DNA of 63,977 nt, taken from Octopus bimaculoides (taxonomy: Eukaryota). Below, piece by piece: positions 40,101-50,640 of the stretch. Positions within the stretch are counted from its first letter, which is position 1; each line of letters opens with the position of its first letter. Location: NCBI RefSeq assembly GCF_001194135.2, contig NC_069009.1, forward strand, positions 961,643-1,025,619. Reading direction: 5' to 3'. A program made the position numbers and the translations under genes. The notes below the pieces were generated by a model. It did not search any database and was not told the DNA's origin. It saw only the letters and a list, made by a program, of their open reading frames with translations.

Positions 40101-41931
40101 AGTCGAGCAAATTGACCCCAGGACTTATTCTTTGGAAGCCTAGTACTTATTCTATCGGCTCTCTTTTGCCGAACCACTAAGTTACGGGGACGTAAACACA
40201 CCACCATCGGTTGTCCAGCGATGTTGGGGTGGGGTGGGGGGAACAAACACAGACATACAAACATATACACACACATATATACAATAATAGGATAAACTCT
40301 TATATGAGAATTTATCAAGTAGTTTTCGTGAAAAAAATTCATAGGGAAGAATCTATCGTCTTTCCCTAAATTATATTTATCTATTTATATATATATATAT
40401 AAGGGCATAACTATACAAGAATGCCTCACGTTAACTACCGTAAAAATACATTTTTACCGATGTTTATACACACACACATATATATATATACGACGGGCTT
40501 CTTTCAGTTTCCGTCTACCAAATTCACTCACAAGGCTTTGATCGGCCATCTCTTTACCCCTTCATATTTTTCTTTCCCTTTCACCTTCACCTCCCCATTC
40601 CTACTATCAATTGACCTTGTCTGACCTCTAACCAGTACACTTTCCCTCTCTTCATCTTTCTATTATATCTCCCTGCTTTTCTTCCTCTCTTCGCTTTGCC
40701 CTTACAAATGCATTCCCTACCTTTAGGTCACTTAAAAAAAACCCCTCCATTTAACAACACTGTACAAACTTTATACTTGGAATGACTAATTTGAAATACT
40801 TTTGGAACTTACAAGCTATTGGAATCTTATATGGGTCCAGATGGACTATATGTAATCTGAACCTTTCCCCCCTTGTTTTATTTTTTTTTACGGAATCCCA
40901 CGTTTTAGGCTGTGGAGATTCCGATTCTGAAAAAAAATTAATAAATAAGGGGAGAAAAGGTTCAGATTACATATAGTCCATCTCTGCCCTTATATGTATA
41001 CCATTCTGCCTTAAAAAAATGGATCTACGGATGCAATATCCCCGCTTATCTCATGTCTATTTTCATTCCTCCACTTCACTCTCCATTTCTTATCTAGAAT
41101 AACTATTGCTTAACCATTTTCTCACGCCGTCTCCGATGAAAGGATATATGAAACATCCTGGAAACAGCTGTAATATATATATANNNNNNNNNNNNNNNNN
41201 NNNNNNNNNNNNNNNNNNNNNNNNNNNNNNNNNNNNNNNNNNNNNNNNNNNNNNNNNNNNNNNNNNNNNNNNNNNNNNNNNNNNNNNNNNNNNNNNNNNN
41301 NNNNNNNNNNNNNNNNNNNNNNNNNNNNNNNNNNNNNNNNNNNNNNNNNNNNNNNNNNNNNNNNNNNNNNNNNNNNNNNNNNNNNNNNNNNNNNNNNNNN
41401 NNNNNNNNNNNNNNNNNNNNNNNNNNNNNNNNNNNNNNNNNNNNNNNNNNNNNNNNNNNNNNNNNNNNNNNNNNNNNNNNNNNNNNNNNNNNNNNNNNNN
41501 NNNNNNNNNNNNNNNNNNNNNNNNNNNNNNNNNNNNNNNNNNNNNNNNNNNNNNNNNNNNNNNNNNNNNNNNNNNNNNNNNNNNNNNNNNNNNNNNNNNN
41601 NNNNNNNNNNNNNNNNNNNNNNNNNNNNNNNNNNNNNNNNNNNNNNNNNNNNNNNNNNNNNNNNNNNNNNNNNNNNNNNNNNNNNNNNNNNNNNNNNNNN
41701 NNNNNNNNNNNNNNNNNNNNNNNNNNNNNNNNNNNNNNNNNNNNNNNNNNNNNNNNNNAGTCGTAAGTTACCTCATCATTTCGCATTTGTTGATTCCCTG
41801 AAGATGAATATACGTGGAATTTCAGCAGCTCTTATTTCTTTGGAGGAGGACTCACATATATTTTGAAACATGTGTAGGAATTAAAGGAACTTTTATTTAT
41901 ATGCGTTTTGCTCCATTTATTGTTATTATTC

Positions 41932-41965
<34 letters not shown>

Positions 41966-42539
41966 TCTATACTGTAAAACTTAATTTAATTTTAATTTTT
42001 AATAATTTGAATTTGAGTTTTTACCTGTAAATTTAGATTTTTATCCCTAACCAGATGGCTGCATCTTCTAGGCACTAGTTTCAGGCTCAGAATTTCTGGA
42101 GCCACCACCGACACTGGTTTACATTATTGTTCGATCCCCATATACTGCATTAATACTTCCTCACACTTTCCATTGTGTTGTTGTCTTTATTGAAATAATA
42201 ATTTACTGAATACGCTCGTTTGTCACCTCCATTATAGCTTTGAAAAGATAGCTCTTAAAATCGAACTGCGCTCTTTAAAACTTGTACAAAGAATGAATAC
42301 AAAGTAAAATTACTACCTCCTTTTATAGCAAGTTGATGCAGGTAGTTTATCCTGTCCCCCTCCAACTTTTACTTCATGCAGTTGAAAAAAAACACATTAT
42401 TTATGGGTTGACTCAATATATATACACAAATTTGCATGCATATATATAAATATACACACACATTTGCATGTATATATATATAATGTGCATGCATATTATA
42501 TATACATCTCCGCTTGCAAAGACCTGTTGAGGCAAGTGA

Positions 42540-43030
42540 AATCGAACTCAACGACTGGCACCCATGCCAACGTCGTCTCCTTCATTGGACACGAAACTCG
42601 GCTTGCGAAGACCTGTTGGGGCAAGCGAAATCGTGATGGCACCTGTGCATCGCCTTCCTGGCACTTGTGCCGGTGGCGCATGTAAGGACATTCGAGCGAG
42701 ACCGTTGCCAGTGCTGCTGGACTGGTTCTTGTGTGGGTGCTGCGTGAGATGCACCATTTTGAGCGTGGCCGTTGCCAGTGCCGCCTGACTGGCCTTCATT
42801 CCGGTGGCAAGTAAAAGCACCCACTACACTCTCGGAGTGGTTGGCGTTAGGAAGGGCATCCAGCTGTAGAAACTCTGCCAAATNNNNNNNNNNTCTCGGA
42901 GTGGTTGGCGTTAGGAAGGGCATCCAGCTGTAGAAACTCTGCCAAATCAGATTGGAGTCTGGTGTAGCCATCTGGTTCACCAGTCCTCAGTCAATTCGTC
43001 CAACCCATGCTAGCACGGAAAGCGGACGTT
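42540..43030 (+). mobile_element. SINE with (GAT)n tail
   Basis: Same body and tail as 38-335 and 62365-63190; local duplication across a 10-N gap. Confidence 0.8.
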
Positions 43031-43312
43031 AAACGATGATAATGATACATACACATTTGCATGCATGCATATATATATATATATATATATATNNNNNNNN
43101 NNNNNNNNNNNNNNNNNNNNNNNNNNNNNNNNNNNNNNNNNNNNNNNNNNNNNNNNNNNNNNNNNNNNNNNNNNNNNNNNNNNNNNNNNNNNGTGTGCAT
43201 ATATATATTTGTGTGTGTGTATATATACATATATATTTGTGTGTGTGTGTGTGTATCTAACGATTTTTGTATGTTATTTTAAGTGGCTTATAAACACCTT
43301 CCACGTTGCAAT

Positions 43313-43360
<48 letters not shown>

Positions 43361-43961
43361 CACAAACTCGTGATTTATTTTCCATGCACCGGATTAATAA
43401 TGACAAAGTTATTTTAGTAATCTTTATTGAATTGTAGGCAGTATATTTTAACAGAAAAACGGAAATTTTATAACAAAAGAGTTAAAGTGATCAAAATTAT
43501 AACCTTCCATCTCAAAGTTTTTTTAAATTTATATTCCAAATCTGAGCTTAATTATGGGAAAAGCTTTTTAACTAAATTCTTCGTTGTTTTTGAAAGTGGC
43601 AGAAATGCAGTGAATTATAATAGAAATCATCACCATCATTATCCACAGAAATTCTGACAAATATTTGTCCCTGCTTTTCTAAGTTAGACATATGTAAGTC
43701 AGAGCAGAGTTTTGGAAAATTGGATGTCAATTCGACGATGATGCTGACAGTATAAATAAAGTGGCAGTAATTTAAAGAGTAAAAGTTTATATCAAGGCTG
43801 GTGTACATCAAAATAAGATTTAATAAATCTCTTATTTATTAAATTATAGGTGCAGGCAAGGGTGTGGTAAAATGCTTGCTTCCCACCCACATAGGACCAG
43901 ATTAAATATCAAAAAGTGTCCTTCCAGCATCTGAGATTATTTCTGTTATTTCTTAAACTGT

Positions 43962-46900
43962 TTAAATGATGACAGCATTTATAATCCCGATGACAAAGAT
44001 GAAGTGGGTTCTGAGGCCGCTGGTTCCTTGTGCACCATCTGCAAAAAAATTTCAGTGTGATATCACTATATGTCACAGATATTGGTGTCGTATCACATAT
44101 AAAGATCAACAATAAAACATATCATCTATATACCCTTTTCATTCCAACTTGCTCAAGACTGTGGCCATGCTGGAGCACCGCCTTTATAGTCTAGCAAATC
44201 GACCCCAGGACTTATTCATTGTAAGCCTAGTACTTATTCTATCGGCTCACTTTTGCCGAACCGCTAAGTTACAGGGGCGTAAACACACCAGCATCGGTTG
44301 TCAAGCAATGCTGGGGGGGGGGGCGCAAGCAGACACACAAGCACACACATACATATATATACGTATACATATACGACGGGCTTCTTCCAGTTTCCGTCTA
44401 CCAAATCCAATCACAAGGCTTTGGTCGGCCCGAGGCTATAGTAGAAGACACTTGTCCAAGGTGCCACGCAGTGGGACTGAACCCGGAACCATGTGGTTGG
44501 TAAGCAAGCTACTTACCACACAGCCACTCCTGCACCTATAAGCTACTTACCACACAGCCACCCCTGGAATTATTAATATTATAAATTATTTCCTTACTGC
44601 TTATCTTCAAATCGGTTGTTCCAAAGTTGATATTGTAGTCCGCAAACATCCAGGTCAAACAATCCTCTGTTACTTTTGTTATCGAAAGAGTAGAAGTATT
44701 CCCACTCTGCATAACTTTATAGTTAGTCCCGTTAGCACATGTCCTGTCACATTCATATTTATAATTGTTGCACCTCCAAACCACTGGTCTTCGCATATTT
44801 GGTACTGTAATATTGAGGGTGGCTTCTCCATTGAGCTTAATATTTTCTGAAATAAAGAAATCAGATAAGAAATTTGCTTCCCAAAAACATGGTTCTGGGT
44901 TCAGTCCCACTGTGCAACACCTTTGCCAAGTGTTTTCTACTACAGCCTCGACTATCATAATTGCAGCTACATGGTAATCAAATGAGTGGTGGTGCAGTAA
45001 AAAAAATGCACCCACTACACTTTGTAAAGGGGTCAGTTTTAGGAAGGTCATCAAGAAATAGGAACCTTGACAATGCATGGAATGGAGCTTGCCACAATGT
45101 TGGCTTGTTGGATCCATGGCAAGATTGAAGGTGGCCATTTTATAAGTACCCTCACACAGGCCATCTCGACCCTGGTTGAAACCCACTGCTCCAGTGCTTC
45201 CCTGGTGTGTATTTCTGGCTCTTTAACCTTTCTCAATGGTCAAGTTAAAAATTTAAAGAAACCAAAAAGCAAAATAGTGACTAAAAAAGCTATGAGTTAA
45301 GAGAAAGAAATAGAAAACAGAACTGAAAAGATAGTGTCTAGTTTAAAAAGGAGAAAAATGTTTGTGAATCTATTTACCACTTTGGATAATTTCATAAATC
45401 CCTGCACTTGCCAAACCTGTAAAAGATGAAAACATTAAGTTTTGATTTTCAGATGATATAATTCAAAACAATGTGAATAAACAAACAGTACATTAGACAG
45501 TAATTTGATTGCCAAAGGGTTAAGCCAGCCATATCTGGCCCAAATATTACATAGGCGCAGGAGTGGCTGTGTGGTAAGTAGATTGCTTACCAACCATATG
45601 GCTGCGGGTTCAGTCCCACTGCGTGGCACCTTGGGCCGACCAAAGCCTTGTGAGTGGATTTGGTAGACGGGAACTGAAAGAAGCCCGTCGTATATATTCA
45701 ATAAACTGGGATATTATGGCAGGAAGAACATCTGATTGTATATAAAGAAAACTCTGATCACAAGTATGGAAAATTAGGTGTTCAAACAATGATGATGGTG
45801 AAAAGATAACCCTGAAATCTTTCATATGACAAAACTGTCGCTAACATTGGTTTATCTGTTTATTTCAGGTCCAGTTGTGTTAAGAGGAAATGTCACTTTT
45901 CATACTGAAGAAATAGCCAATATGAAAAGGTCTATTATCTGGGAAAATGGTCGTTGCAGTCTCAGATATGCCAATACATGCTGCAACAATGGTAACTATG
46001 AAGTTAGCCACACTGGTAACATTTCTACTCTTTGGATCCAAAGTGTCTCTCAGGAAGATATGACTTGAGTTTTTCGAAGTGACAATCTCTGCTATGCGAA
46101 AATTACTGTGGTGACAAAAAGCAAGGAAATTACTTCTGCTAATAATAACAACAATAATTTCATCAATCCCCAAGAAGATGAAAGACAATACCACAGAACA
46201 ATCAATCATCTCTTGTATATGGATGATCTTAAAACTGTATGCTGCAAATGATAAACAAATGGAAACTTTATTACAGACAGTACATGGATTTACCAAAGAA
46301 ATAAATATGAAATCTAGCTTGGAAAAATGTACCAACGCAACCTTGAAAAGAGGAAAACTAGTTAAGAGTAGCAACATCACACTAGATAAAGCAAATGAAG
46401 TAAGAGAATTAGACCAAAGCCTTCCCACCAGAAATACATGAAGTTAAAAAAAAAATACAAAGCCCAGTCCTGGCTAAGAAGGAACATATTCAGAGACATG
46501 ACTGAGTTGGGACCTATATACACTGGAAGCTATGCCAACACTATGGAATAACAACAGAAAAAGATGTTATAAGCTCACCCCAGAAAAGGTCACAGAAAAT
46601 GAGAAAGTAACCATATTCTGGGATATGTCAATATGCACAGATAGAGAATTCAAGGCCAATAGACCAGATATAGTTGTCAGAGATCACCAAGATCATCAGA
46701 AATCACCATTGTAGACATATGTTGAGAGGAATTCTTCGGGGTTTGGAGAACTTACCTTTGGAAACATGGGTGTTTCATTCAACATCCTTAAACAACTCTT
46801 ATTCAGGGACCTTTTGAGCAGGATGGGCTACTCAACCTGAAGAAAATTCTAACTGGGCCCCACTTGCAAGGTCATGCACTGTTCATCTTGATATGAGATC

Positions 46901-48067
46901 ACCATGTCGTGCACATATGGTTGTGATGCAAGTGCTTGGTGTACCCTTATCAGACGGGTAGTCATGATGGGTATAATGGGCTTTGTATATTTTACCCCAG
47001 TGTCACTTTGATGGCATGCACTGCTCTCTCACTCAATAATAATAATAATAATAATGATAATCATCACTGAACAAATATTTTTATAATACTTAAGCAAAAT
47101 TAAAAATTTGTAACTTTCAGGGTTTTCTTCTGTGTTTTTTTCTTTTTTCTTTTTTTCTTTCTTTTACCTGTTTTGAATTAATAGATCTTCATAATAATCC
47201 CTGCTGAGATATATTCGTAGTTGACTGAATGGATTGGTTAGTTTCAGTCTCTAGGATCACCTGTCTATATTACAATTTATTTGTTGAACATCTGACATGT
47301 GGCGCACTTGTGCCCTTGTGCAGACAATGTTGATTTGATGGAAGGAGGGAGTTAATGTACAACTCACACATTTGATCCCTATAAGTAAATAATTTGTGCA
47401 GGGCTTCCAGTCAAAACTGCACACTGATATGTCATCTTTGACAGCAGATTCTGTTATATCTTCTACTATATAAATGCAAGTGTATGTGGTTATGTAGCTG
47501 TGTTTAGCCCCCAAAAGGCTGATTTTGGCCATTCGTTTTTGCATTACACACTCAAAAACCATAGGGGAAACCTTTTCAGTAAAAGTTTATTTATCACTTC
47601 ACGATTTGACAGAGGACACCACATAAGTTGGATTATCTCTGTTTTGATGGGTACTTTTCAACTTCAGCATTGGAGGCAGACATTAAATGATGATGATGAT
47701 GATTGTGTAGATTAGGATTATATCAGAAGTTAATATGGAAACAATTTGGTTGGCATGTACATATTAGTACTGACAAATTTCAAGTTTCATCTTGTAGATA
47801 TATGTGCTGTGTGTGAGCCTGCCATTTTTTTCCTTAAATAAATATTCAAAAACCTTTATTTCATTTTCATGTGTGTGGTGAAAAAACAATTTGAAAAATC
47901 CCTCTCAAAACAGAGAAAATCCAATTTATGTGGGTGACCAATTCCAGACTTCTGTTTACTTGTATAGTTATGCCTCAACAAGAATGAATTTTTAAGAAAA
48001 AAAAAAAAAAAAAAACAAACTTACAACATAATGCAGACAAACAACAGAAGAACTTTAGAATGTCCAT
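43962..48067 (-). CDS. Ig-family gene B: 135-aa paralog of gene A
   Basis: Exons 48067-48025, 45416-45378, 44846-44598 and 44038-43962 are GT-AG, phase 1, and sum to 408 nt. Protein: MDILKFFCCLSALCCLASAGIYEIIQSENIKLNGEATLNITVPNMRRPVVWRCNNYKYECDRTCANGTNYKVMQSGNTSTLSITKVTEDCLTWMFADYNINFGTTDLKISNGAQGTSGLRTHFIFVIGIINAVII. Confidence 0.85.
44135..44535 (-). mobile_element. Near full-length tRNA-headed SINE in intron 3 of gene B
   Basis: Head GGTGCAGGAGTGGCTGTGTGG...GGTTCAGTCCC, central TA/GT microsatellite and 3' body. The first about 25 nt of the head are tandemly duplicated. Confidence 0.88.
45869..46120 (+). pseudogene. Ig-family exon D (252 nt, phase 1-1) with in-frame TGA and GC donor
   Basis: CTAAC branch point and TTTATTTCAG acceptor. 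Reads GPVVLRGNVTFHTEEIANMKRSIIWENGRCSLRYANTCCNNGNYEVSHTGNISTLWIQSVSQEDMT*VFRSDNLCYAKITVVTK, then GCAAGGAAAT where A and B have GTAAGGAAAT. Confidence 0.78.
46160..46700 (+). mobile_element. R4/Dong-clade (RLE) non-LTR retrotransposon fragment, internally deleted
   Basis: INHLLYMDDLK/LYAAND (RT YxDD), then HIQRHD*VGTYIHWKLCQHYG and IFWDMSICTDREFKANRPDIVV (RLE PD motif). It starts right after an (AAT)n tract. Confidence 0.85.
46715..47060 (+). repeat. Interspersed repeat ending in an (AAT)n tail, possibly a Dong-related 3' end or SINE
   Basis: Ends GCATGCACTGCTCTCTCACTC-AATAATAATAAT. Confidence 0.5.
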
Positions 48068-48967
48068 AATCTGTAAAAATAATTTTCTGAAACTGAAAAA
48101 CAACAAAAATTATTCCAGTTACACTAATTTCACAACAAACAAGCAGTGGTGGATATCTATTGGGTTGGTGCATAATTATTGTGGGTTTTTTTCAACAAAA
48201 ACAATAGCAATATTTAAGAAAAACATCTTTAAATGACGGTCTGACCGTCTGCCAAGCAAATGGGAAGCAGTAATAGAAGGAGATGGTGAACATGCTCCAG
48301 AATAATTATTTAAAGATGTTTTTGTTACATGTTATTTTTTTAGTTGAATAAAATTTGTTGAAAAAAGCCGCAATAATTATGCACCAACCCAATAATCAGG
48401 AGTCAAGACGAATAATTCTAAAAAATAAATATTTTCAATTCCACCTTTCGTTATTATAATCTTTAATATCTGACGTGTATTTCTGGAGATTTTCGTTAAA
48501 ATAATGCGCATTTTTTTCCAGAAAGATAAAGCCGTTGAGTGGAGCATAATTCTGTACTTGGGAATGTAATTACATTGTTATGTATTTGTCAAAGGTTTTA
48601 ACTGATTCTGTTATTTACAAGCATTGTCAACTTACCGTTTTTCGGGAACGAATACAGTGCAGATGCTTCAATTTAAATCTGGTCTAGTGAGTCCCTCGCC
48701 TGAAATTCAATGATAAGTGTCATTCAGATCCTATTTAAGGAGTTGCTCGGATCCTGTCGTATTGAACGCCATGGCGACTTCTTAATACCTTGCATATTCA
48801 CACGCATACACACACGTATATACACACACACACACACAGAAGGGAGAGAGAGAGAGGGTGTAATGTTTCAAAGAATGTGTACAAGAAAGGGTTTTTGTTC
48901 TGCAATTTTAGTAAACATTGCTTTTATCTATTATTTTTCAGCTGTTATATATAAGTGTTAATACATA

Positions 48968-49105
48968 TAACAAAAGATATTGTGTATGTTTTAATATATA
49001 TAACAATAGATATTGCGTATGTTTTAATATATATATATAACAATAGATATTGCGTATGTTTTAATATATATATATAACAATAGATATTGCGTATGTTTTA
49101 ATATA
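48968..49105. repeat. Minisatellite, about 33-37 bp x4
   Basis: AACAATAGATATTGCGTATGTTTTAATATATAT repeated. Confidence 0.9.
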
Positions 49106-49500
49106 CTCTTTTACTTGTTTCAGTCATTTGACTGTGGCCATGCTGGAGCACCACCTTTAGTCGAGAAAATCGACCCCAGGACTTACACTTTGTAAGCCTA
49201 GTACTTATTCTATCGGTCTCTTTTTGCCAAACCGCTAAGTTACGGGGACGTAAACACACCAGCATCAGTTGTCAAGCGATGGTGGGGGAGACAAACATAC
49301 AAACATATACACACACATATATATATACATATATACGACGGGTTTCTTTCAGTTTCCGTCTACCAAATCCACTCACAAGGCTTTGGTCGGCCCGAGGCTA
49401 TAGTAGAAGACACTTGCCAAAGGTGCCACGCAGTGGGACTGAACTCGGAACCATGTGGTTTGTAAGCAAGCTAATTACCACACGGCCACTCCTGCACCTA
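49105..49500 (-). mobile_element. Full-length tRNA-headed SINE
   Basis: Colinear with 44135-44535. Confidence 0.88.
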
Positions 49501-50044
49501 CATATATAACAGAAACTCCAATGATTGTTTCCTTGAAGTTAGAGGTGATGATTGATATTTCTGATATGTTTTTATTCCATCTAAAGATTACAAAAGATGA
49601 CTGAAGAAACGTTTATTTGAAATGAGGACATTTTTCTCCAATATGCTAATAACTTTCATGTGACACTTTTGAAATGCCAGCAGAATGTCAGTGCCAGTTA
49701 ATTACTAAAGGAATTTTATCACAAATTCTACAGTGGTCGCTAAAATTATGCATGGGAGTTTGAATTTCCTTGCTAATTATAGCTAATTATGTCATTCGTG
49801 ATTTCCTCTGTAATCATGTTTCACATAAATCCGAAATCCCACTTTTCGAGGATAAAACGAATTTGTACTCATATAGAGAATTACTGACATGAAAATGCTT
49901 TTGCATATTTTGTCACAAAATAATGGTAACGCGGTTACCATTATGTGAAAGGAAACCACAAATGACATAGCTAAAATTAGGAAAGAAAGTCAAACTTCTA
50001 CACATAATTTTTAGCAAAGTACAATATGTAACAGGATTCTTTAA

Positions 50045-50640
50045 GTGATTAATTGGCATCAAAATTCTGCTGGCATTTCAAAAGTGTTACATGAAAGTTA
50101 CCAGCATATTGCTGAAAAATTTCCTCGTTTCAAACGAATATTCCCTCAGACACTTTTTGTTGCTTTTAGACAGTATAAAAATATAAGAGAACTATTAACC
50201 ACTTCCTCTAACTCCAAAAACACTACCATTGGAGTTCCTTGAGCACTACTCCGTTAAAAACAGCCGCAGGAGAGGTGAGCCCTGTTCATCGTGCAACAAC
50301 ATGAGTCAAGGCAATTCCACCAGGAATCAACAGAAATGTTATGATTTCTACAGAAGATGAGACATGTAGAGATTCTCATTTGGTGTACGTGGCAGAATGC
50401 ACGAAACACGACTTGATTTATGTTGGTTGTACAACAGAACAATTAAACAAAAGATTCAATGGACGCAGATATGACGTCAGGCACAGTGGCAGTGGTTCGA
50501 TAGAACTTTCTGAACATTTTATTATGTCCAGTGGCTACAGTTTTGAGGAATACCTGAAAGTGCACATTCTCAGAAAAATTCTGAATCTACTACACTTTCA
50601 GTTCTCAAAATGCACGAGGACAAATTTCTCTTGAAATGCA
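50045..50640 (+). mobile_element. Penelope-like element fragment (GIY-YIG endonuclease region)
   Basis: IFPQTLFVAFRQYKNIRELL, then CRDSHLVYVAECTKHDLIYVGCTTEQLNKRFNGRRYDVRH...LSEHF, the VY-x-C...YVG-x-T...R pattern of PLE endonucleases. Confidence 0.82.

Noticed and set aside
47257-47562. Cys-containing minus-strand ORF in gene B intron 1 as a possible extra exon
   Set aside because: No counterpart in gene A or C, and the candidate splice sites give a phase incompatible with the phase-1 structure.
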